From a bacterium (GTDB taxonomy: Bacteria; UBA8248), in contig CBDBZY010000016.1 of the NCBI GenBank assembly GCA_965213685.1, forward strand, positions 160,001 to 224,000: a DNA stretch of 64,000 bases, in the 5' to 3' direction. Under the pieces are notes generated by a model that was given only the letters and a program-made list of their open reading frames with translations, ran no database searches and was not told the origin of the DNA. Of the stretch, positions 34,336 through 49,105 are shown piece after piece. The number at the start of each line of letters is the position of its first letter. Within the stretch, counting starts at the first letter, position 1. The position numbers and the translations under genes were made by a program.

Positions 34336-34903
34336 CTCCACAGAGTGACATGTCAATACTCTATGGCTAGCTATAGCTGCTCTTGTGTGTACACGTTCAT
34401 GTACTCTCATACCTGCCACAATAAACACAATGTGCACATGTACTTATTATGAAGTAGATGTAACTGACAGTAACAGTAACTATTAGAATATTTATCAATA
34501 CAGGCCTTGTTTTCGTGATATTGTGTTGGCATGGCAACAGCAGACTCTGAGTGAGCATCCTAGTGTGGGTGGAGCCAGAGAGCTCGAGGTCACCAGTGGA
34601 TAGCACACACAGCAGTGATCATCACTAGCTGGTTGTCATGACAAGATGGGCCCCTGTCATCAACCACAATATTATTATTATGGAGTTGCCATGTCTCCAG
34701 GCACAGAGCAGTGCTAGCCTCATTCCCAGGCCTTCCCCCACATGCCAGCACAACACCACACCCAGCATGGTGGAGTGCTTGTGTGTGGGGGGCACTCTGG
34801 GAACAAGGCTAGAGTGATGTGAATTGATACATAGCAAATGACCGTAAACATCATAATAATTATACACTGTAGTGGTGAGTGTTATGAGCACTGCTAGTGA
34901 TGA

Positions 34904-35023
34904 TCATGACTTGTGTTTCTCTGTGGTGACTGAGGGTTGAGGTGATTGTGGTTCTCTCGGCCTGATCCACAGCAGCAGGAACATTCCAATCAAACATCTG
35001 ATGATGATACCAGCACAGCGACC
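34904..35023 (-). pseudogene. Orphan TMEM65-like last exon; duplicate at 53987-54106, another at ~46923-47040
   Basis: Pyrimidine tract + CAG acceptor, then GRCAGIIIRCLIGMFLLLWIRPREPQ...KHKS*. Confidence 0.5.
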
Positions 35024-35884
35024 CTGAGATGAGGGAAGAGGAGAATGAGAAAGAGAGTAAGTAACCAGAGGAAGAGGTACATGTATGAGAGTGGAAGCAG
35101 ATAAGCAGGCTGGCAGGCCAAAGGCAGGCAGACAGATACAGACAGACATGGAATTTTGACTCCATAGAATAACATGACAATGGCTCCTCTTGTGTGGTAG
35201 TACAACCTCTTGCACTCTCATACCTGCCATAATTATAGCCTCGTTCCCAGGCTCTTTTCGGGCCTGGATACGAGGCTAACCTAAACATCACATCAACCAG
35301 GTCCTTGCACCACCCCACCAGGCGGGCCACTGAATGTACCTGGCGTCCAACACTGTTGTTACGCTCAAAATATGCCATTTGCTGACTGAACTAAGTCAAA
35401 CAATTACATGTACACAATGATCGTATACCCCAGCAGATGGCGGCGGTACTTTAGACCACAGAATATCAATGACTAGACATCATTAGCGTATTCTCACAAG
35501 CCTCCAATCTACCTGCATATTTACTAGAGATCTATGGACCAGCCAAGAATGCGGATAATTATATCACTGTTACCTACAATGTACTGCCCACTCGCTACTC
35601 GGTGCCCACTATTGAACACCAGCACCGTGTAGCGCCATATACGCTAAATATTGACGGTAGCTATTTGCTAAACACCAAAACTATTTACTAAACATCCACC
35701 CCTTTGCTATATCCCCTTAAAAAAAATTAGGGTTTTCAAATTTGGGCCAACAGCACCCCATAATTCTTTGAAGAGTAGTACGTCACAGCATAGATATCTA
35801 TGGTCACGGCGGTGTGGGGGAAGTCCCTACGTTTAGAACGCGACGCACAGGTATTAGAGCCCACCAGTAGCTTTGCTCATCTGC

Positions 35885-38014
35885 ATGGCTGCCTCTGGAG
35901 CCACAGCTGAGGATGTTAGTGCCTCCTCCCTCACCCCTCGAGACCTCACCCTCCCTGGTAGGTCCCTCCCTCCTGCCATGCCCCTCATCATCTCCACCCA
36001 AGACAGCTGGGACCCTCACAGCTGCAAGCTGGAGACTCACCAGCACAACAGCCAACCACAATACCTACAGCTAGTCACAGACACTCTACAACTGCTGGGA
36101 ACCATCAACAAGCCTGTGGCTATCCTGTCCATCTGTGGCCCCTACCGCTCGGGGAAGTCCTACTTCATCTCCCGACTGCTGGGCAGGCCTGGGGCCTTTC
36201 AGCTGGGCCACAGGATGCAAGCCTGTACACGTGGAATCTGGATGGCCACCACTGTCCTGGAGTGTGAGCAGTTTGCCATAATCCTGCTGGACACGGAAGG
36301 CATTGATGCCATTGGAGCCTCCGAGACCATGGCCATGAGCTTGCTGACTGTCACCACACTCCTCAGCTCCTACCTCATCTACAACTCCATGAAGGTGCCC
36401 CAGAAGGTGGACCTGGACAAGATGAGGTGCTTCACCCAGCTCTCCAGGTCTCTGCTCGTGCAGAAAGGGGAGTCCATGAGGGCAGAGGTCATGAGGAAGT
36501 TCTTCCCTCACTTTCTGTGGCTACTGCGAGATGTGACACTGAAAGTGACAGACAGAGCCGGCCAGATCATCTCAGCCACTGAGTTCCTGCACACTCGTGT
36601 GCTGGCATCACAATCTGGCCACCCTACAGAGCTGGGCAAGTCTCTTTGCAGCCTCTTCCCCTCACTGGAATGCCACACTCTTCCCATGCCAAGCATCAAC
36701 CCCAAAGTCATCAAGAACATTGTGGAGCAACAGGACAAGCTGAAACCAGCATTCAACAAGGCAGTGGATCAACTGATCCAGCGAATCCTGCAGCAAGTCA
36801 CGCCCAAGAAAGCCATTGATGGAGTGAGTGTGGTGGATGGCCCAGCTCTAGCTGCTCTGACCCGTGGCTATGTGGATGCCATCAACACACCAGGAGCAAT
36901 ACCAGACCTGGAACAAGGCTGGCAGGCCGTCATCAAGTGGAAACTGAAGGAACTGTCAGACAAGCTAGTGGAGGAGTATAGGAGAGAGATGGAGGAATGT
37001 GTAGGAGAAAATCTTCCCATGGAGGAGAGGAATCTGATGAGAATCCATGAACAGACACTGAGCAGGAAAAGGGAGTCACTGCAGCAGGAGATCCGTCGAC
37101 TCAAGCCATTGAGTTCCACCTCTGGAGACAAAGACCCAGTCCTGAGTCAACTGGAGCAGGCAATCAGTCAGACAAACGAGGGGGGTGAGGTGATTGGGGG
37201 GGTCCTGTTCCAGTTCACCACTCACAACTACTCCAAGTCCAAGCAGCAGTGTGAAGAGGTGCTGATGGAAGCAGTGAAGAGCAGTGGAATTCACAAGAAG
37301 TGTCAGGAAGCCTTCATCAACTCACAGCCACTGGACATAATGGCAGAGATACAGGAGATTGACCGGCAATACCACAGGCAAGCTGTCGGACCAGCAGCCA
37401 GTGAAGTGCTGGAGAAAGGCCACAGAGAACTGAACCAACTGGGAGACTCACTCAAGAGAATTCCTGGCCCACCTCGTGAGGTGAGGGACATTGGACGAGG
37501 ATCTGATCGAGTGAAGCTGAGCTGGCAACCTCCAGAGAAGAACCCTGAGGCTGCTGAGAGCTATGTGGTGTGGAAACAAGAGGAGGGGAAGCAGTGGGAG
37601 AGGGTGAGGGAGACAAAGAAGACCAAAACCCTCATCACTGGACTGAAGTCAGACACAGGCTACCAGTTCAGAGTCACAGCCACTAATGACCTGATTAAGA
37701 GTGTGGATACAACACAGGACTCATGGACAATGGAGTCAAAAGCTAAGATGGGAGCTCTTGCTGGTGGTTTTGGAGCACTTGGATTTGCATTGTCCCCAGT
37801 TTTAGGTTATCAGGCTATAACTGATGGAGACATGAGTACAAGAAAAGTAGTAGCCATAGCAGTCGCCACTGCACCAATCAGCCTCATATGTGCTCCAGTT
37901 ACTGCAACTGTGGGTGCAGTTTGGACTGCTAGGGAAATGATCAAGGACGGATGCTACAGTGGAGACCTGTCCCCAGAGAGTGATGATGAGACGTCATGTG
38001 ACTCCACAGAATGA
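35885..38014 (+). CDS. GBP-FN3-TM GTPase, copy 3
   Basis: Open ORF; first ATG gives MAASGATAED; G motifs intact. Confidence 0.9.
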   Translation: MAASGATAEDVSASSLTPRDLTLPGRSLPPAMPLIISTQDSWDPHSCKLETHQHNSQPQYLQLVTDTLQLLGTINKPVAILSICGPYRSGKSYFISRLLGRPGAFQLGHRMQACTRGIWMATTVLECEQFAIILLDTEGIDAIGASETMAMSLLTVTTLLSSYLIYNSMKVPQKVDLDKMRCFTQLSRSLLVQKGESMRAEVMRKFFPHFLWLLRDVTLKVTDRAGQIISATEFLHTRVLASQSGHPTELGKSLCSLFPSLECHTLPMPSINPKVIKNIVEQQDKLKPAFNKAVDQLIQRILQQVTPKKAIDGVSVVDGPALAALTRGYVDAINTPGAIPDLEQGWQAVIKWKLKELSDKLVEEYRREMEECVGENLPMEERNLMRIHEQTLSRKRESLQQEIRRLKPLSSTSGDKDPVLSQLEQAISQTNEGGEVIGGVLFQFTTHNYSKSKQQCEEVLMEAVKSSGIHKKCQEAFINSQPLDIMAEIQEIDRQYHRQAVGPAASEVLEKGHRELNQLGDSLKRIPGPPREVRDIGRGSDRVKLSWQPPEKNPEAAESYVVWKQEEGKQWERVRETKKTKTLITGLKSDTGYQFRVTATNDLIKSVDTTQDSWTMESKAKMGALAGGFGALGFALSPVLGYQAITDGDMSTRKVVAIAVATAPISLICAPVTATVGAVWTAREMIKDGCYSGDLSPESDDETSCDSTE

Positions 38015-40135
38015 CATGTCAATACTCTATGGCTAGCTATAGCTGCTCTTGTGTGTACAAGTTCATGTACTCTCATACCTGCCACAATACACACAACATA
38101 CACATGTATTTTGATATAATTATTATGGAGTGGATGCAACTCAATACAAGCTTTGTTACTATGACATTGTGTTGGCATGGCAACAGCAGACCCTGAGTGA
38201 GCATCCATAGTGTGGGTGGAGCCAGAGAGGTCACCAGTGGGTAGCACACACAGCAGTGATCATCAATGGTTGTCATGACGAGATGGCCTCTGTCCTTATT
38301 ATGTAGTTGCCATGTCCCTATGACATGTCGCTGTCTGTACCGGCTTCTGGTGCAATCTGATTGGTCATTTGATTCTTCTTATCACATGATTTGTTTGCAT
38401 TGTCACGTGACTTGGTTTCTGAGTTCTGGTTGGTGGCTAAATGGTGGCTGCTACTCAACTTCAGTGGCAAAGGTGTGAGGGGGGAGGGGTGAGGAGGGGA
38501 GGGGGAGGATGGGGAGGGTGATTGTGAGAGTCTTTTTGCTCTTGTCGAACTTTGCTCTCCCATTGAGTTGGTCTACTGGGTAAGAGAGGGCCAGCTGGAA
38601 TGAGTTAAGGGAGGGAGGGAAAGAGGGAGAGAGAGGAAGGAGAGGGAAGGAGAGAGAGGGAAAAGGGAAAGAAAAAAGGGAGAGGGAGGGAGGGATGGAG
38701 GGACGGAGGGAGGGAGGGAGAGGAAGGGAGGAAGGGAGTAGGAAAGGGAAGGAAGAAAAGGAGAGGGAGGGAGGGGGAAAAGGGAGAGGAAGAGAGGGAG
38801 GGAAGGAGAGGGAGGGAGGGAGGGAGGCAGAGAGAGAGGGAGGGAGGGAGGCGGGAAGAGATGGAGAGTAGGTGGCAGCGTATACATAATGCAGTCAAGT
38901 GTACATGATTGTGTGTTTGTGGACTGCACACAATGTACATGTGCAATACAACAATAATAGAGTTGCTAGGTTACCACATGAGGTCACTCACTCTGTGCTG
39001 TCTGAGCTGAGGGGAGGGTATGGGATCTATAGGGAATGGGAGGGAGGAGGAGGAGGAGGTGGAGGTGGGGGAGGAGGAGGAGGCACCTTTGGACTGGAGG
39101 AGAGAGGGAAGAGGGTCAGTCACTCACTCACACAAAAATTCCTCCTTCTCTATTGGGTCAAACGTAAGGTCTGATGCTGCATATTCCTACATGTACCCTT
39201 TGGTGCAAGCTTTCTAAATTTGGCAACAGTTGTATAGTAAATTTGGTAACACTACATCATGACAATGCTTTCCCTTCATAACTCACTTTTGAATGCTTTT
39301 TATTTTCCCTGATGATGGTTGGGTGTGGCTTGCCCTTATAAGGCATCTTGAGGAACTTCATTTGGCGGTGTCGACCTTTCCCCCGTCTTTTGTCTCTATG
39401 GCTTCAATCACCATGTCGATCAGCAGCTGCATGAACCAGGGATACTGGGGAGGGAGGGAGGGAGGGAGAGAGGGAGGGAGAGAGGGAGAGGGGGAGAGAG
39501 GGAGGGAGGGAGGGAGGGAGGGAGGAAGAGAGAAATTTGCAACACACCACAAAACTTGGTCAGTAGTGATGTGTACATGGATCACAGTGTTGAGCATGCA
39601 ATGATCATGTGATGATCATATGGTGGTCATGTGATTCCTACCTTCTGCCCTCTCTTGTAGGTGTGTGGGTTGAACACCACGTCAATCACCACACACCTCT
39701 TCCCAGCTGCAGGGAGGGAGGGAGGGAGGGAGGGAGCAGCAGCTAAGAATAATCACCAGTGCACTCAGAAATACACCCCTCCCTCCCTACATCCATCCCC
39801 CTATCCCCACCTCCCTCCCTCACATTCTCCCCCCCCCCCTCCCTCCATCCCCTCTCCCACCCTCCCTCCCAACATCCCTTTCTCCCTCCCTTCCTCCCTC
39901 CCTCTCTCTCCTCCTTTCTCCCCCCCTCCCTCCCTCCCTCCCCCCCTCCCACACACTTGTCCAGGTCCTCTCTGCCAGGGGTGATGGAGTACGGGATCTG
40001 CCACTGCTGCCTACGTTTCTTACTGCTCCCTTTACCAGCCACACATGTTGCCGTAGAAACCACGTCACTCTGACAGACATTAATGAGTGTCTTGCGGTGA
40101 CCAGGTTCAACAAATACCTTCATTACGAACCCAGG

Positions 40136-40205
<70 letters not shown>

Positions 40206-40359
40206 AAAGAGAAAAAGACAGAGCAAAACTATAAAAGAAAAGTTGGCCAAATGTCTGCCAAAGTTGGACAAACGATTCAGTCATATTTCTGTGACCCTTA
40301 TCAGTGACAAAATAATTTATGGCCAGTGTACATTGATTAGTATTAAAGTTACAGTAACA

Positions 40360-40510
40360 TACACAACTGCACATGAGGAAAGGCTTGGGAATATTTTTAG
40401 AGAACTGTGAAAAACCGGCAGCCACCCGGGATTGAACCGTGGGCCTCTGACTTTAGCTGTCAGTGCTCTAGCTACGGCCACCGGGTGACAGCCAGCCCTC
40501 ACAATTCTCA
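40360..40510 (-). mobile_element. tRNA-derived SINE-like element in a DNAAF2 pseudogene intron
   Basis: Minus strand GTGAGGGCTGGCTGTCACCCGGTGGCCGTAGCT..AGAGCACTG..GGTTCAATCCCGG (A/B boxes); absent from the intact DNAAF2 intron. Confidence 0.55.
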
Positions 40511-40561
40511 ATATCACTCCGTACATATATGTGCACATATCATGCACACACATCCTAACAG

Positions 40562-40926
40562 TAGGGGGTCGGCCCAGCACAGCCGGCGAGGCCGGTACTG
40601 GTGGGGGGTCAGCCCAGCACAGCCGGCGAGGCCAGTACTGGTGGGTGGGGGGTCGGCCCAGCACAGCCGGCGAAGCCGGTACTGGTGGGGGGTCGGCCCA
40701 GCACAGCCAGCGAGGCCGGTACTGGTGGGGGGTCGGCCCAGCACAGCCGGCGAAGCCGGTACTGGTGGGGGGTCGGCCCAGCACAGCCGGCGAAGCCGGT
40801 ACTGGTGGGGGGTCGGCCCAGCACAGCCAGCGAGGCCGGTACTGGTGGGGGGTCAGCCCAGCACAGCCGGCGAAGCCGGTACTGGTGGGGGGTCGGCCCA
40901 GCACAGCCGGCGAGGCCGGTACTGGC
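40562..40926. repeat. GC-rich 40-bp minisatellite, ~9 units
   Basis: GGGGTCGGCCCAGCACAGCCGGCGA(G/A)GCCGGTACTGGTGG tandem; about one unit at 14453-14497 in the intact gene. Confidence 0.9.
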
Positions 40927-41073
40927 ATCCTGTGCACTGAGTGGCTCCTCAACAGCCTGGCCTGAGGGTTGCCATGGAGACCAGGGAGGTGTGGTTCTGT
41001 AATGCCCACGTACCAGTCTTGGCTAGTATGGCATGCCACACACCATCAGGTGATACCAGCACAAGCAGCAGAG

Positions 41074-41137
<64 letters not shown>

Positions 41138-41920
41138 GCGAGTGTCTGCCTCCCTCCCTCACTGTGGGGTTGATGAACTTGACCTCCTGCCCTCTCATCC
41201 TCTCCAGCTCAGTGATCTCATGTTCATAGCGCTGGAGATGAGAGAGACAAAGAAAGTAAGCTCTCTCCCTCTCTCTCTCTGTCTCCCTCCTTTCTTTCTC
41301 CACAAAACTCACTCTCCTGTTCTCTGGGTCCTCAATCTCTTTTGCATACTCCACAAGCAGCTTCCGAAACTCCTCCTTCTTCAGAGCCTCTTGGAAGGAC
41401 TTGATCTCCTGTGGAGGCAGAGACTGGAGGTGGGGACATACTCGCTGGCCAGACAGAGACGTAAGGCATTTGGCTAACGGGCTAGCGAGACTACACGCAG
41501 AGGAACGCAGTGACGAGTGCAGCTGGAGGGAAATGCTGTTAGAAAAAGCTGTTGAAAATGTGAGTTCTTGTTCATGCGAGGTATGGCAACGGATACCCAC
41601 TGACTGGTGCAGAACTGCAGTGGCATTCTAATTAAAGCACACCCGTAGCTATGCCAGTTGCAAGAGGTAAATACTCCTCCACAGCGCGCTCTACCTCTCC
41701 TTCGGTACGACCTCGCCAGTCTCACCTCTTCCGTCACCTTAAAGTCTGCCATAGCAGCGGAAGAATCGCCACACGGTCTGGGCAAACACGACAGCAAAGT
41801 ATACTAACGTGTACGGTGAGTTGCTTCCGTGTATGTCGAGTATCCGGTAAATGGGTGGGGCTGTAGTACGAGTTGCAGCTCATAGTAGTGTGGCTTACTG
41901 AGCTAGAGAAAAGCGTAGCG

Positions 41921-43951
<2,031 letters not shown>

Positions 43952-44173
43952 CCTGTGTATTGTGCCATTATCTGTACTACCACTATTACATCATGGTTTA
44001 AAATTACCAATCAAAACCTACTGCCCATATAAGGATCCCCTGCTGCTACAACCCTGACATGAATATAATTATGGTTTGCTATGCTCAGCAATTCCATAAC
44101 GTGTAGCAAGAGAGAAGCACTAGAAATCACCACTTTCTCATTGCCTCGTTCCAGTACCAAACAGCTACCAGCG

Positions 44174-46288
44174 ATGGCTAAGAAGCAGGAAGTTCCCTCC
44201 CTCACCCCTCGAGACCTCACCCTCCCTGGTAGGTCCCTCCCTCCTGCCATGCCCCTCATCATCTCCACCCAAGACAGGTGGGACCCTCACAGCTGCAAGC
44301 TGGAGACTCACCAGCACAACAGCCAACCACAACACCTACAGCTAGTCACAGACACTCTACAACTGCTGGGAACCATCAACAAGCCTGTGGCTGTCCTGTC
44401 CATCTGTGGCCCCTACCGCTCAGGGAAGTCCTACTTCATCTCCCGACTGCTGGGCAGGCCTGGGACCTTTCAGCTGGGCCACAGGATGCAAGCCTGTACA
44501 CGTGGAATCTGGATGGCCACCACTATCCTGGAGTGTGAGCAGTTTGCCATAATAATGCTAGATACAGAAGGTATCGATGCCATTAGAGCCTCCGAGACCA
44601 TGGATGCGAGCTTGCTGACTGTCACCACACTCCTCAGCTCCTACCTCATCTACAACTCCAAGAAGGTGCCCCAGAAGGTGGACCTGGACAAGATGAGGTG
44701 CTTCACCCAGCTTTCCAGGTCTCTGCTCGTGCAGAAAGGGGAGTCCATGAGGGCAGAGATCATGAGGAAGTTCTTCCCTCACTTTCTGTGGCTACTGCGA
44801 GATGTGACACTGAAAGTGACAGACAGAGTTGGCCAGACCATCCCAGCCACTGAGTTCCTGCACACTCGTGTGCTGGCATCAGAAGCTGGCCAGCCTACAG
44901 AGCTGGGCAAGTCTCTTTGCAGCCTCTTCCCCTCACTGGAATGCCACACTCTTCCTATGCCAAGCATCAACCCCAAAGTCATCAAGAACATTGTGGAGCA
45001 ACAGGACAAGCTGAAACCAGCATTCAACAAGGCAGTGGATCAACTGATCCAGCGAATCCTGCAGCAAGTCACGCCCAAGAAAGCCATTGATGGAGTGAGT
45101 GTGGTGGATGGCCCAGCTCTAGCTGCTCTGACCCGTGGCTATGTGGATGCCATCAACACACCAGGAGCAATACCAGACCTGGAACAAGGCTGGCAGGCTG
45201 TCATCAAGTGGAAACTGAAGGAACTATCACACAAGCTAGTGGAGGAGTACAGGAGAGAGATGGAGGAATGTTTAGGAGACAATCTTCCCATGGAGGAGAG
45301 GAATCTGATGAGAATCCACCAACAGACACTGAGCAGGAAAAGAGAGTCACTGCAGCAGGAGATCCGTCGACTCAAGCCATTGAGTTCCACCTCTGGAGAC
45401 AAAGACCCAGTCCTGAGTCAACTGGAGCAGGCAATCAGTCAGACAAACGAGGGGGGTGAGGTGATTGGGGGGGTCCTGTTCCAGTTCACCACTCACAACT
45501 ACTCCAAGTCCAAGCAGCAGTGTGAAGAGGTGCTGGTGGAAGCAGTGAAGAGCAGTGGAATACGCAAGAAGTGTCAGGAAGCCTTCATCAACTCACAGCC
45601 ACTGGACATAATGGCAGAGATACAGGAGATTGACAGGCAATACCACAGGCAAGCTGTTGGACCAGCAGCCAGTGAAGTGCTGGAGAAAGGCCACAGAGAA
45701 CTGAACCAACTGGGAGACTCACTCAAGAGAATTCCTGGCCCACCTAGTGAGGTGGAGGTCATTGGACGGGGACCTGATCGAGTGAAGCTGAGCTGGCAAC
45801 CTCCAGAGAAGAACCCTGAGGCTGCTGAGAGCTATGTGGTGTGGAAACAAGAGGAGGGGATGGAGTGGGAGAGGGTGAGGGAGACAAAGAAGACCAAAAT
45901 CCTCATCACTGGACTGAAGTCAGGGACAAAGTACCAGTTCAGAGTCACAGCCACTAATGACCTGATTAAGAGTGTGACTATAACACAGGACTCACAGACA
46001 TTGTGGTCAAAAGCTAAGATGGGAGCTATTGCTGGTGGTGCAGGAGCAATTGGTCTGTCTCTGATGCCAGTTGCACTTGCTATTCATGTTATGAGTGATA
46101 AAAAAATGAGTATAAAAATGGCAGTAGCCATATCAGTCGCCACTGCACCAATCAGCCTCATATGTGCTCCAGTTACTGCTACTGTGGGTGGAGTTTGGTT
46201 TGCTAGGCAAATGATCAATTTGTGCTACCACAGTGGAGACCTGTCCCCAGAGAGTGATGATGAGACGTCATGTGACTCCACAGAATGA
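44174..46288 (+). CDS. GBP-FN3-TM GTPase, copy 4
   Basis: Open ORF 44081-46288; likely start MAKKQEVPS; G motifs intact. Confidence 0.9.
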   Translation: MAKKQEVPSLTPRDLTLPGRSLPPAMPLIISTQDRWDPHSCKLETHQHNSQPQHLQLVTDTLQLLGTINKPVAVLSICGPYRSGKSYFISRLLGRPGTFQLGHRMQACTRGIWMATTILECEQFAIIMLDTEGIDAIRASETMDASLLTVTTLLSSYLIYNSKKVPQKVDLDKMRCFTQLSRSLLVQKGESMRAEIMRKFFPHFLWLLRDVTLKVTDRVGQTIPATEFLHTRVLASEAGQPTELGKSLCSLFPSLECHTLPMPSINPKVIKNIVEQQDKLKPAFNKAVDQLIQRILQQVTPKKAIDGVSVVDGPALAALTRGYVDAINTPGAIPDLEQGWQAVIKWKLKELSHKLVEEYRREMEECLGDNLPMEERNLMRIHQQTLSRKRESLQQEIRRLKPLSSTSGDKDPVLSQLEQAISQTNEGGEVIGGVLFQFTTHNYSKSKQQCEEVLVEAVKSSGIRKKCQEAFINSQPLDIMAEIQEIDRQYHRQAVGPAASEVLEKGHRELNQLGDSLKRIPGPPSEVEVIGRGPDRVKLSWQPPEKNPEAAESYVVWKQEEGMEWERVRETKKTKILITGLKSGTKYQFRVTATNDLIKSVTITQDSQTLWSKAKMGAIAGGAGAIGLSLMPVALAIHVMSDKKMSIKMAVAISVATAPISLICAPVTATVGGVWFARQMINLCYHSGDLSPESDDETSCDSTE

Positions 46289-46712
46289 CATGACCATACT
46301 CTATGGCTAACTATAGCTGCTCTTGTGTGTACACGTTCATGTACTCTCATACCCGCCACAATACACACAACATGCACATGTATTTTGATATGGAGTGGAT
46401 GTAACTGACAAGGACAGTTATTGCCAATACAAGCCTTGTTTATATGACATTGTTAGCATGACATTGTGTTGGCATGGCAACAGCATATAAATGAGAACCC
46501 ATCAGTAGTGTGGGTGGAGCCAGAGAGGTCACCAGTGGGTAGCACACACAGCAGTGATCATCACTGGTTGTCATGATGAGATGGGCCCCTGTCATCAAAT
46601 CAACCACAATTATTATGGAGTTGCCATGTCCCCAGCCACAGAGCAGTGCTAGCCTCATTCCCTGGCCTTCCCCCACATGCCAGCACAACACCACACCCAG
46701 CATGGTGGAGTG

Positions 46713-46792
46713 TAGTCTCGTGAACCAGACCGTATTCCATGAACGCGCTCGCGCATGCGCGTTCACGGAATACGGTCTGGTTCACGAGACTA
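46713..46792. mobile_element. 80-bp palindromic MITE with perfect 9-bp TSD
   Basis: TAGTCTCGTGAACCAGACCGTATTCC...GGAATACGGTCTGGTTCACGAGACTA between GGTGGAGTG repeats; empty site in the paralog at ~31188. Confidence 0.9.
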
Positions 46793-49105
46793 GGTGGAGT
46801 GCTTGTGTGTGGAGGGCAGTCTGGGAAGAAGGCTAGAGTGATGTGGATTGAATGACCATAAACTAATTATTATACACTGTACATGTAGTGGTGAGTGTTA
46901 TGAGCACTGCTAGTGATGAGTATCATGACTTGTGTTCCTGTGTTGACTGAGTGTTGAGGTGATTGTGGTTCTCTTGGCCTGATCCACAGCAGTGGGAACA
47001 TTCCAATCAAACATCTGATGATGATACCAGCACAGCGACCCTGAGACGGGGGAAGAGGAAGATGAGAAAGAGAGTGAGTACATTAAAACACCAGAGAAAG
47101 GAAGGAGAGAGGCAGGCAGGCAGGCAGACAAGCAACCAAGCAAGTAGGCAGACAGACAGATAGACAGACAGACAGACAACTGTATCCACTTCAGGAGAGA
47201 AGCTTCATAGATGCCATAGGGTGGGTAGTATACACAACATTTTGGCTATTATGCCCCCCTCAGTGTGATGTACAAACACGAGATAGAGGTGCTCTATATT
47301 GAGGGTGACTATTAATGGCTGAGCCAGCATGCCAGGTACTACAGAGCAAGGTTAATTAGGATGCAGAGATAAAATTATGACAAGCATTGTAACATGCTGG
47401 ACAGGAGTTGTGCATGTACAATGCATCACAGACTATCGACGCTGAGGTTCACGCCTGTGAGATGAGAGGTCCCCAGGAGCCTTTATATCCACTTGCTCTC
47501 CCTATAAAACTCCTGGAGACCTCTCATCCCAATGTGATAGCGAAGGAACCCCCCAGAGTGAAATTTGGGGTCCCCGGAATATCATTCTCTCCAGAGCGCT
47601 AGCAAGGCACACACACATCCACTGTAGCACGACTGCACCCCATGCCACAGTATCATACATGCCACAATAAACAGAACTCAGAACCACTAATCGTAACTGA
47701 AAGTAGTTTACCAAAAATTGCGAGTACATGGCCAAAAATTTAATCCCGATTCGAGGACGTAAACGTGCGCGATACGGTACGGAATTACAGTATCGGTACG
47801 TTCAGTTGGGGCAGTCCCATTGTATTTTTTGTATGGGGTCTGCCTTACAGCTCGAATCGACATGTAAACCCAGTGTCGGTTCGAGGCCCTAAGGGCCTTA
47901 CGTGCTCGATTCGAGCTCCTCCTTGTCCTCGATTCGATACCTTACGGCAGTCGGTATCGAATCGAGCCCAATAATTTTTGGCTGTGTAGGGGCAGAGCCT
48001 GGGAACGAGCTAGGCTAACATGGCCTCCCTCTGCTCGAGCAAAGTTGCGCGACCTTGACCCCCGCGGCTTAGCTACCGTAAACACCGGTTGTTAGGCGCA
48101 TGCGCCAATAGATGCAAACGGTAAGATAATATGCGCTTAATAACGGATATGCGCTAAACAATGAGATTTTCCGTATACATTCCGTATACCGCTGTTATAG
48201 TGTCCGTAAATTTACCCGCACCTTGTACGGTAGCGTTCAGCTTTCGAGTGTTGTACGTGGACACCACGTGTACAAAACTGTCACTAGCTTTAGCTTTTGT
48301 AGCTTTTACGCTTATCTGTGGGAGTCTATCCATCGTCAACGTTGTCTGCTCTGCCCATAGATATTTACCTTACGGTAAATATCTATGCTCTGCCGTTGTC
48401 CGCTGCCTTGTGACTACGAGCCGTGTATTTATCGCATGCGCCTAATAACGGGTGTGGCGGACGTCTAAAAACTATGCGCTTAACAGTGAAGTATACGCTT
48501 AATAACGAGGTGCGCCTAACAATCGGTGTTTACGGTATTTTCGGAGTTCAAAAATCACTCAACAATATCGCGCGTGTGGGTCTGTATATGCTGCATGAGC
48601 TTTCTCTCGAACTTCTCTCGAACTTCTCGGTGTTTTGGAAGGGTAGCCAGTGCTTTCTGCATTGTACGTGGAGAGAGAAACAACTTGTAACAGTGCTACA
48701 TACTGGTAATGCTCTACATCAATTAGTCAAGAATCACAACTAGATGGGACCTATTGTACATGTACATGTACATGTACAGGTATGTGGTGAACTATAGGGC
48801 CTCCTTATCTTCAATGAGGTCGGTATAGCCGGGGCGGGGGGGGGGACTAGCACAAAGCTGTAGGTTGTTGACACACCCATACATGTAGATAACCGGGATT
48901 GGAAACTACTCACATAATGCAAAACCATAGATACTCAACTTTGCTATCTATAGTTGTAAGTACTAAGACATCAGACTATGTAGTGGAGCTATAGCTTGCC
49001 TTACTTCTGTCTGCCCAAAGACGAGATGAAGTGAGTTAGTCATGCATGTGATTATTGTGCTTGTCCTACTTTCCGAGGTACAGTCATCCTTACAATGCCA
49101 TGGAT

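Noticed and set aside
40562-40926. CRISPR-like regular repeat
   Set aside because: Units are contiguous with no unique spacers, no cas genes, and the context is a eukaryotic intron
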